A DNA stretch of 41,757 nt, taken from positions 1 to 41,757 of the forward strand of contig CALRDB010000004.1 in the NCBI GenBank assembly GCA_943354745.1, read 5' to 3'. The stretch comes from Candidatus Nomurabacteria bacterium. Its GTDB lineage: Bacteria; Patescibacteriota; Minisyncoccia; Phycocordibacterales; UBA10002. The notes under the pieces are model-generated. The model saw only the letters and a list, made by a program, of their open reading frames with translations. It made no database searches and was not told where the DNA came from. This document shows positions 34,748 through 41,757 of this stretch, piece after piece. Numbering within the stretch: the stretch's first letter is position 1; every line of letters begins with the position of its first letter. Position numbers and translations under genes: made by a program.

Positions 34748-36862
34748 CTAGTTCGGGTTAACAAGGAAGATGGTAATACGTTGATTCGTTGTTTCCGTAC
34801 GGGCCTCAATGTGGAACTTCTTTGTTTGCTTAGGTGAAAGTGTAATGCTCTTTGCGTGTTGTTTAAAAGTGTTATCAATAAACCAGTCAACATCTTCGCG
34901 TGCAAGAAGTTGAATCACCGTGCCCGGTGTAAGCTCGACTCTGTCGCCATCGTGTGGTGAGAGAATAATCGAGGGTTGTACAAAGAGATTACGGGAAATA
35001 TCGTAAGTATCCCCGGCAAGGCCATACTCGATACTAGCGGAGTTCGTAAACTCCTTTACTCGGTCGAAATTGAACGGAGTTGCGTGATTATACGGTGAGG
35101 TATACATGAGTGTCATGACGTCTTGCCATATCGCCCCAGCACCTGTTTGCCCGGTAAGTTCACGCATGGCGGTGTTGTCGCTATTGCCGAGCCAGACGCC
35201 CACTAGGAAGTCGGGCGTATAGCCGATAGTCCAACTGTCGTGATAATCACGCGATGTCCCGGTCTTAAGCGCGTAGTTCTTGTACGGTAACGTTAAGTTA
35301 CTTCGTAATCCAAACTGTTCAACCGCCATCTCCCTGTCGGAAAGAATTTTATTTACCAATTGGACAAAACTTTTTTCCGCCACGCGCTTTTCCGAAAGCA
35401 GTTTCTTCTCCATTGGCGTCTCAAGACCCCCGACTCTTGTCCGTTCCAGTGTAAGAGGTTTTAGTACTCCTTCGTTCGGGAAAATGGTAAAGAAATGTGA
35501 AAGTGTAAGAAGATCCATTTCTAATGCGCCAAGTGCAATGCCAAGCTCGTAACGCTCGAGTGGCTGGAGTGATGTAAAACCGAGTGACTCGCGAAGGAAT
35601 GTATAGAAGGTTGAAAGGCCGACATACTCAAGTGTTTTAACCGCAGGAACGTTTAGACTGTTCGAAAGCGCATTGTGCAGGGTAACTGCTCCGCGAAATC
35701 GCCCATCGAAATTTTTCGGGTAAAAAGCAAAGCTCGTTCCTATTGTGTAGCTATACTCCTCGTCATTCACAAGTGTGTAGGGTCTGGCGCCCTTCGCGAA
35801 TGCAGCAAGATAAATAAAGGCCTTTGCGGTGGAACCTATCGGGCGGGGTTCGATTGCCATATTGATCTGTGCTCCGGAAGCAAGAGAGGTGGGGTCTGGT
35901 GTACCGACTAAAACGAGAAGCTCGTTTTCAGGTAGCTTAATAACAACGATTGCACCATTAGTTACGTTCGACTCCGATCTCGACTCAGACTCGATTTTAC
36001 GGCGAAGTATGTTTCGGATCTTTTCAGTAAGAAGAGCATCGACGGTAAGATTGCATGGGTCACAGGTAAGGCCCAGTGTTTTCAGCTCAAACGAAGTGCG
36101 CAACGTAGTGCTCGGAGAAAATACGAAAGGACTTGTCGAAGCTTGATAATGCAAGTCACTTTCAGTAGCAGAAATTACCTTTGGTAGTAATTTTTCATTT
36201 TGCGTGCTTCCTGGAAAGCGAGTAGATGGACTTCCAAGCGCTGTAATCAAAGAAAGTATCTCAACCTCGTTTAGTTCAGTTGGTTTTTTGTTAAAAAAGT
36301 AGAGTGAAGCTTCAGTGACACCTTGGCGACTTTTGCCGAAATAAGCAACCTCCTCATACAGCGAAAGAATGTCTCGTTTGGAAGTGTGCAATTCAAGAGC
36401 GACAGCGTACAACGACTCTACAAATTTATTTCTCAGCGTCCGGGTACCTTCGTTGCCGAGTAGAACCTTGACCAACTGCTGTGTAATTGTGCTGGAACCC
36501 TCGGTCTTGCCGGTACGTAGTTTATGGAAAAATCCACGCACCATACTCACTGGGTTCACCCCTAGGTGATAGTAAAAGTATCGGTCTTCTTTTTGCAGCA
36601 ACAGTTTTTCAAATAGTGGGGGAGTAGGTTCTGTAATAGTCACAAAATGACCTTTCTCATTTGACTTCAGTTGTACCGATTTCCCATTCCTATCGTGCCA
36701 CGCGACCGTTTTTAAGCCTTGCTCGGCTGACGTAAGGCGCGAAACGAGTGGTATAGTACCTAGATAAAGGATAAGAAAGAAAGTAAGCAGTAGGTAGAGC
36801 ACGGTGCGCCCATGCGTACGTTCCTTCAATGGCTCTAGTCGAATTCGCTTCAGGCGGTGCAT
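34748..36862 (-). CDS. pbpC: Class A penicillin-binding protein 1C
   Basis: TM; transglycosylase EDRYFYYHLGVNP and GSSTITQQL; transpeptidase STAK, SLN and KTG; C-terminal domain; adjacent to A2M. ATG 36862 lies 6 nt after TGcTATTCT. Confidence 0.88.
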   Translation of the reverse strand: MHRLKRIRLEPLKERTHGRTVLYLLLTFFLILYLGTIPLVSRLTSAEQGLKTVAWHDRNGKSVQLKSNEKGHFVTITEPTPPLFEKLLLQKEDRYFYYHLGVNPVSMVRGFFHKLRTGKTEGSSTITQQLVKVLLGNEGTRTLRNKFVESLYAVALELHTSKRDILSLYEEVAYFGKSRQGVTEASLYFFNKKPTELNEVEILSLITALGSPSTRFPGSTQNEKLLPKVISATESDLHYQASTSPFVFSPSTTLRTSFELKTLGLTCDPCNLTVDALLTEKIRNILRRKIESESRSESNVTNGAIVVIKLPENELLVLVGTPDPTSLASGAQINMAIEPRPIGSTAKAFIYLAAFAKGARPYTLVNDEEYSYTIGTSFAFYPKNFDGRFRGAVTLHNALSNSLNVPAVKTLEYVGLSTFYTFLRESLGFTSLQPLERYELGIALGALEMDLLTLSHFFTIFPNEGVLKPLTLERTRVGGLETPMEKKLLSEKRVAEKSFVQLVNKILSDREMAVEQFGLRSNLTLPYKNYALKTGTSRDYHDSWTIGYTPDFLVGVWLGNSDNTAMRELTGQTGAGAIWQDVMTLMYTSPYNHATPFNFDRVKEFTNSASIEYGLAGDTYDISRNLFVQPSIILSPHDGDRVELTPGTVIQLLAREDVDWFIDNTFKQHAKSITLSPKQTKKFHIEARTETTNQRITIFLVNPN

Positions 36863-36944
36863 GTAGCTAGAATAGCATAACAGCACATCGTTCTTCGAAG
36901 TTGTATGTAGAGCTGATGTCAAAAGCGTTATATAATCGAAGAAC

Positions 36945-37805
36945 ATGAAGACAATACTCATAACCGGAGGTGCAGGTTTTATAGGCTCAAATCTTATCGA
37001 ACAGCTTGTTAAGAATCCGGAAAACCGGGTTTTTTCGCTTGATGACTACTCGACTGGAAAGAAGGAGAATCATATTTCCGGCGCAACGTATATTGAGGGT
37101 AATACGATCGATATCGCCACGTTGGTTACGGTAAAACCGGACCTTGTCTATCATCTTGGCGAATACGCTCGAGTAGAACCAAGTTTTGAAGATATGCTGC
37201 TAGTGTGGAAATCAAATAAAGATGGCACGTTTGCCGTCCTTGAGTTTTGTCGTAAGCATGCATGCAAACTTGTGTATGCGGGATCAAGTACGAAGTTCGG
37301 CGATGGGGGACTTGGCAGAGATCAAAGCCCTTACGCGTGGAGTAAAGCTTCAAACACGGAGCTCGTGCAGAATTACGGAGCATGGTTCAATCTTAAGTAC
37401 GCCATTACTTATTTTTATAATGTATACGGACCAAGAGAGCTTTCGGGTAAATATGGAACAGTAATCGAGATATTTCGCGAGGCGTGTGTTCGTGGAGAAC
37501 CTTTGAATATCGTGACTCCAGGAACTCAAACTCGCATCTTTACTCACGTTGCTGATATTGTGAACGGTCTTATCTTAGTAGGCGAGAAGGGAATTGGTGA
37601 CGGATACGGCTTGGGCGCGGAAGAAGCGTATACCATTCTCGAGGTAGCGAAAATGTTTGGAGGAGATTTGATCATGCTTCCGTCAAGACCAGGAAACCGT
37701 ATGACTTCTTCGATAGATCTTTCTCGTTCTAAAGGTGAACTAGGTTGGGAGGCAAAAAAGAGCGTCAAGGATTATATTGAGAATTGCACTACTTCCCTCC
37801 AGTAA
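36945..37805 (+). CDS. NAD-dependent epimerase/dehydratase (extended SDR)
   Basis: TGGAGFIGS, YAWSK (YxxxK), FYNVYGP, RIFTHVAD. Confidence 0.92.
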   Translation: MKTILITGGAGFIGSNLIEQLVKNPENRVFSLDDYSTGKKENHISGATYIEGNTIDIATLVTVKPDLVYHLGEYARVEPSFEDMLLVWKSNKDGTFAVLEFCRKHACKLVYAGSSTKFGDGGLGRDQSPYAWSKASNTELVQNYGAWFNLKYAITYFYNVYGPRELSGKYGTVIEIFREACVRGEPLNIVTPGTQTRIFTHVADIVNGLILVGEKGIGDGYGLGAEEAYTILEVAKMFGGDLIMLPSRPGNRMTSSIDLSRSKGELGWEAKKSVKDYIENCTTSLQ

Positions 37806-37873
37806 GAGCCTGTGTGTATAACTTTCTTTTCTAAAACAGGTATACTTAAACAACTTATTACTAATTTTTTACT

Positions 37874-38035
37874 GTGAAAAACAAACTTATAATCCTCATC
37901 GTACTTGTTGTTGTCGTCATATTTTTCGGCCAGTTTTTTGTTCCAGCAACATCTCCTGCGGAACAGGCTAAACTTGACGAGTCGGCTACGCAACAGACTT
38001 TCGATACGATTGAAGGAGATCAGGTCACTGAATAA
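37874..38035 (+). CDS. Small single-TM protein (53 aa; absent from ORF track)
   Basis: GTG start, MKNKLIILIVLVVVVIFFGQFFVPATSPAEQAKLDESATQQTFDTIEGDQVTE*; TATACT at 37841; its stop abuts the convergent kinase stop. Confidence 0.65.
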   Translation: MKNKLIILIVLVVVVIFFGQFFVPATSPAEQAKLDESATQQTFDTIEGDQVTE

Positions 38036-38431
38036 CTACTCGACCAACGAGAGTGTTGAACGTATTCTTTCCAAATCGCTTCCTATCTGTTTCCTCAGCA
38101 GGTTTTCATCGGTAAAGGTAACAAATGGGCGAATGAATTCCATACAGTATATGGTTAATGTCTGACCGTATAGATCGCCGGTAAAATCCAGGAGATGCGC
38201 CTCAATTTTTGGCGTTTTGTTTTTTGTTAAAGGGGTTACGACAACTCCCGCTCTATACTTGCGCGAGTCCGTACCTATTGTAGCGTATCCTGAGTACACT
38301 CCTTCGGGAATACTGACCGGTGGGTCTATAAGTTCCTCTCCGTCCAAATTTGCAGTAGGAAAACCGAGTACTCGTCCATACTGGCTTCCTCGTATGACGT
38401 GAGCAGTTACCGTATACATGACTTTTTTCAT
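38036..38431 (-). CDS. Stand-alone riboflavin kinase (RibF C-terminal domain only)
   Basis: GSQYGRVLGFPTANL, EGVY, EAHLLDFTGDLYG, FIRP..F. Confidence 0.9.
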   Translation of the reverse strand: MKKVMYTVTAHVIRGSQYGRVLGFPTANLDGEELIDPPVSIPEGVYSGYATIGTDSRKYRAGVVVTPLTKNKTPKIEAHLLDFTGDLYGQTLTIYCMEFIRPFVTFTDENLLRKQIGSDLERIRSTLSLVE

Positions 38432-38478
38432 CTAGGAAAGAGTAGCATGCCCTCGATGATGCGTATACAATGGTTGGT

Positions 38479-38964
38479 ATGACACACTTCACACTTGTTT
38501 TTTTGTTCACACTTTTGCTTCTTCCGGGACTTTTTATGGCATGTATCCCCATGCTCCCGGCTTTCTGGTATTTACTAGCCGGAGCATCAGTATTCGCTCT
38601 TATAGACGGCTTTTCACATCTGACATTGTCGAATCTCGGAATTCTTGCTTCACTTTTTACACTTTCGATACTAGTGGATTGGAGTGCTGGACTACTTGGC
38701 GCAAAGATGGGTGGAGCAGGATGGAAAAGCTTACTTTGGGGTACGCTCGGTTCCCTCATAGGTCTTTTCATAGTTCCGCCCTTTGGAGTCTTTGCCGGGC
38801 TTTTCATCGGTGTGCTCGTTAGCGAGCTGTGGCGAAAAAGGGATCAGCAAAAAGCGCTCCGGGCGGCCTCGGGAGCGCTTATAGGCTCATTGGTAGGAGT
38901 AACGATCAACGTAGCGCTTGCATGTATCTTTGTGATGTCCTTTGTGTTGCTTTCATTATCCTAA
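38479..38964 (+). CDS. DUF456-family membrane protein
   Basis: IPMLPA, D..AGLLGAKMGGAG, Gly-rich TM segments; ATG 38479 lies 7 nt after TACAAT (38470 is the alternative). Confidence 0.85.
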   Translation: MTHFTLVFLFTLLLLPGLFMACIPMLPAFWYLLAGASVFALIDGFSHLTLSNLGILASLFTLSILVDWSAGLLGAKMGGAGWKSLLWGTLGSLIGLFIVPPFGVFAGLFIGVLVSELWRKRDQQKALRAASGALIGSLVGVTINVALACIFVMSFVLLSLS

Positions 38965-38981
38965 AAACAACAAAGAAAAGT

Positions 38982-39686
38982 TTACTTCTTGTGTGCGGGG
39001 GTAACTTGTACCGGGACGGTGCGGATAGCATTTATAATTTCAGCGTCATCGTCTGTAATTGAGTAAAGATTCAAATCAGACGAACTGATAGCTTGGTGCA
39101 GTTCAAGCATATTTTCTTTAATAAAGGTATTAAGTGGATCCCAGTAGTCCTTACCCACCATAAAAATTGGAACCTTGCGTATTTTTTGCGTCTGCACAAG
39201 CGTAACAATCTCGAAAAACTCATCAAGCGTCCCAAAACCTCCAGGAAAAAATATGTAGGCTTCAGCCGCAAACGAAAGAGCAACTTTTCGAGCGAAAAAA
39301 TATGAAAAGTCCATAGAGGCTGTCGTGTACCTGTTTCCCGCCTGTTCCTGTGGGAGTCTAATGTTAAGGCCGACCGATTCACCACCAGCTTCGAATGCGC
39401 CTCGGTTTGCCGCCTCCATGATGCCGTTACTGCCACCTGTAAGTACGGTATACCCGAGCTCCTTTGCAATTTTACCAGCAAGTGATCGAGCTTTAATGTA
39501 GTGCTCGCTTGTTTCCGTGAAGCGGGCAGAACCAAAAAAAGTTACTGAGCGTGGATAGCTTTTCAAAAATTGAAAACCATCGGAAAATTCGTTGTCGATG
39601 CGAGAAATTCTCGATTTAATTTCCGCCTGTATTTCCTCTCTCGTAAGTGGTAGATTGTTAGTGCTATTAGTTTTGTGTGTAGTCAT
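38982..39686 (-). CDS. LOG-family (TIGR00730) nucleotide phosphoribohydrolase-like protein
   Basis: VTFFGSAR, TGG..GIMEAANRGA, YFFARK, PGGFGTLDE. Confidence 0.92.
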   Translation of the reverse strand: MTTHKTNSTNNLPLTREEIQAEIKSRISRIDNEFSDGFQFLKSYPRSVTFFGSARFTETSEHYIKARSLAGKIAKELGYTVLTGGSNGIMEAANRGAFEAGGESVGLNIRLPQEQAGNRYTTASMDFSYFFARKVALSFAAEAYIFFPGGFGTLDEFFEIVTLVQTQKIRKVPIFMVGKDYWDPLNTFIKENMLELHQAISSSDLNLYSITDDDAEIINAIRTVPVQVTPAHKK

Positions 39687-39737
39687 ACGTGTATTCTAGC
39701 GAGTAACTTATGGGCTGGCAACTATAACCGCGTGGAT

Positions 39738-40940
39738 ATGTTTAGTATACAGAAAAAATTAGCGGGGAAGCTTGGTCGGGTCGGCCTTCTTAAAACCGGA
39801 CATGGTAGTATCGAGACACCTGCGTTCGTGACCGTGGGAACTAAAGCAACCGTTAAGGCGCTCACCCCTCGCCAAGTTAAAGAAACAGGATCACAGGTTG
39901 TTCTTTCGAATACGTATCATCTGTATCTAGAACCAGGCGAGAAAATAATCAAACAAGGAGGAGGTCTAGGAAAGTTCATGGGTTGGGACGGACCAACTAT
40001 GACCGATTCGGGAGGTTTTCAGGTATTTTCTCTTGGAGGAAAAGGGTCATCAAAAATCGCATCCTCAAAACAACATTCTAATATTTTGCAGAATGTCAGA
40101 ATGTTTCCGGGTGAAGAACAGACAGCACCGCTCGTAAAGATAGACGAGGATGGCGTTACCTTTAAATCGTACAAAGATGGGAGTGCACATCGATTTACAC
40201 CTGAACGTTCAATTGAAATTCAGCATGCAATTGGGGCGGATATTATTTTTGCATTCGATGAGTGTACCTCACCACACGCTGGAAAGGAGTACCAGAGGGA
40301 GGCAATGGATAGGACACACCGTTGGGCAGGACGATGCTTGAAGCGTCACCAACAACTCACAACAGACAACCAACAGCCAAAACCGATGCTTTTCGGGATT
40401 GTGCAAGGAGGAAGGTTCCAAAATTTGAGGAAGGAAAGTGCTCGTACTATTGGAGAAATGGATTTTGACGGCTTTGGTATCGGAGGTTCATTCGATAAAG
40501 AAGATATGGGAAATGCGGTGCGATGGGTAAATGAACTTCTTCCCGAGGAAAAACCACGACATCTTCTTGGTATCGGTGAGCCGACTGATCTCTTTGAGGC
40601 GGTTGAAAACGGATGCGACTTGTTTGATTGTGTCGCACCAACAAGGCAGGCAAGAACGGGTTCGCTCTATACCAAACATGGGCGGTTTAATATTGAAAAT
40701 GCCCAATACAGGAATGATTTCGCGCCTCTTGAAGAGGGTTGCGGGTGCTATACATGCCTACATTTTACAAGAGCGTATCTCGCACATCTGTTCCACTCTG
40801 GAGAGATTTTGGCGAACACACTAGCCTCAATTCACAACGTCTATTTCATCGTACAGTTGGTAAAAAAAATGCGACAAGGGATTCTTGAAGAGACATTTTT
40901 CGAGCATAAAAGAGAGTTTCTGGATTCGTACAAAAAATAA
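39738..40940 (+). CDS. tgt: tRNA-guanine(34) transglycosylase
   Basis: ETPAF..VGT, SNTYHL, TDSGGFQ, FDEC, GIVQGG, FDCVAPTR, CGCYTC...H zinc site. Confidence 0.96.
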   Translation: MFSIQKKLAGKLGRVGLLKTGHGSIETPAFVTVGTKATVKALTPRQVKETGSQVVLSNTYHLYLEPGEKIIKQGGGLGKFMGWDGPTMTDSGGFQVFSLGGKGSSKIASSKQHSNILQNVRMFPGEEQTAPLVKIDEDGVTFKSYKDGSAHRFTPERSIEIQHAIGADIIFAFDECTSPHAGKEYQREAMDRTHRWAGRCLKRHQQLTTDNQQPKPMLFGIVQGGRFQNLRKESARTIGEMDFDGFGIGGSFDKEDMGNAVRWVNELLPEEKPRHLLGIGEPTDLFEAVENGCDLFDCVAPTRQARTGSLYTKHGRFNIENAQYRNDFAPLEEGCGCYTCLHFTRAYLAHLFHSGEILANTLASIHNVYFIVQLVKKMRQGILEETFFEHKREFLDSYKK

Positions 40941-40941
40941 T

Positions 40942-40966
40942 GGCACCGAGCGGAAGGCTCGGTGCC
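40942..40966. terminator. GC-rich hairpin between convergent genes
   Basis: GGCACCGAGC-ggaag-GCTCGGTGCC; A-tract on the left gives a U-tract on the - strand. Confidence 0.75.
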
Positions 40967-40980
40967 GAAGCAGGGCAGTG

Positions 40981-41568
40981 CTATTGCATTCCCCTGATAA
41001 CGTCGCGAAAGGTTTGGAGGTTGGGCCCCAGTAGCCCTTGGAGAATCTTCAGGTGCTTGACGATGATCAAGATGCTGGTGAGGGGGTTTCCCCCCTCCGT
41101 TTCGTCAGGTTTATTGCCAGGAAGGACCTGCGGAGTTTTGTTGTCCTTGACCGCCACCAGCGCCCACTGGCGACGCACCTCTACGTGTTCACCTGGCTGA
41201 AGGATTCCACTCGGCAGCTTTTCTTCCATCTTTGAGCGGAAGAGACGAAAGGTGACCACACCGTACTCCCGCAACTCATCCAATGCTCTGTCATAGTCAG
41301 GGTTTCCGTCAGGACTTAGTGTGTCGGCGACACTTACGAGTTCGCGGCGTAACGAGAAAAGGCTCCGTGCAACTTCCGAATCGAGGGTTAGATCGAGCAC
41401 GCGGTCGCTAGGACCAACCGGCTGAACCGGGTGATGCACTGGTCCAGCAATTTTTTTGCCCTGCATGGAGACAAGAAAATTTGCCAAAAACCATTTTGCC
41501 ATTGAGTCCGAGACCGAGCGATCGGCGTCGGATTTTTCCGTGGGGGGAGGGGATGTCTTCTTCTTCAT
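40981..41568 (-). CDS. Hypothetical protein
   Basis: ORF 40981..41613; ATG 41568 (MKKKTSPPP) preferred; no motif recognised. Confidence 0.6.
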   Translation of the reverse strand: MKKKTSPPPTEKSDADRSVSDSMAKWFLANFLVSMQGKKIAGPVHHPVQPVGPSDRVLDLTLDSEVARSLFSLRRELVSVADTLSPDGNPDYDRALDELREYGVVTFRLFRSKMEEKLPSGILQPGEHVEVRRQWALVAVKDNKTPQVLPGNKPDETEGGNPLTSILIIVKHLKILQGLLGPNLQTFRDVIRGMQ

Positions 41569-41652
41569 AGTATGATGCTTTCTGTCCGCTCGGATTTGTT
41601 TGTGAAAAGGCAACTTAAAGATAGAATTCGAATTTTCTTGTATACTGGCGCG

Positions 41653-41757
41653 ATGAAAAAAGAAACAAAGGTGAGCATATTTCTCAGAGCGAACGCGTAT
41701 TAATAGAGTCGCTTCTGAACCGCGGTGTTTCTCAAAAAGAAATAGCCGGGGAAATCG
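41653..41757 (+). pseudogene. Frameshifted N-terminus of an IS30-type (HTH_38) protein, cut by the window edge
   Basis: ATG 41653 lies 6 nt after TATACT; its frame stops after 16 codons, while the -1 frame from 41661 reads RNKGEHISQSERVLIESLLNRGVSQKEIAGEI. Confidence 0.6.

Noticed and set aside
36863-36961. Apparent overlap of pbpC with the epimerase
   Set aside because: Artefact of longest-ORF calling; ATG 36862 removes the overlap and leaves a divergent promoter region. The same applies to 21381, 39675, 16469 and 1813.
41610-41630. GCAACTTAAAGATAGAATTC as an IS30 terminal inverted repeat
   Set aside because: Only a loose resemblance, in the unexpected orientation, and no partner end lies within the window.
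41656-41662. Canonical A_AAA_AAG programmed -1 frameshift
   Set aside because: The heptamer is not in the phase set by the ATG (codons are ATG AAA AAA GAA), so the classical mechanism is not supported.
1-41757. CRISPR array, tRNA or rRNA genes
   Set aside because: No regularly spaced repeat-spacer series or recognisable cloverleaf/rRNA was seen by eye; the repeats occur in only 2-4 copies. A tRNAscan-SE/Infernal run would be decisive.

Overview
Gene-dense bacterial chromosomal window, most likely Patescibacteria/CPR (Parcubacteria-like). This assignment is an inference from gene content, short intergenic spacers and mostly SD-less starts. Contents: a csoR-copA copper operon with its operator; SWIB and CxxC-x17-CxxC proteins; a class F sortase; alkylation-repair genes; ABC and ABC-F ATPases; an ATP-grasp ligase; a YhiN/HI0933 flavoprotein; a DEAD helicase; typA; a 2,213-aa thioester alpha-2-macroglobulin converging on PBP1C; a stand-alone riboflavin kinase; a LOG protein; tgt; and a frameshifted IS30-like HTH start at the right edge. 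No rRNA, tRNA or CRISPR array was recognised. The most striking unexplained structure occurs twice, at two unrelated small HTH genes (ArsR-like 16123-16383 and YerC/TrpR-like 34231-34695). Each has a 22-26 bp upstream motif that recurs just downstream, where it is extended into a 38-42 bp near-loopless palindrome, so each gene is bounded by direct and inverted repeats at once. A similar palindrome with its own sequence lies in frame inside tgt. About 20 genes have a -10 hexamer 6-9 nt before the ATG, suggesting leaderless mRNAs; this also corrects several ORF-track starts.
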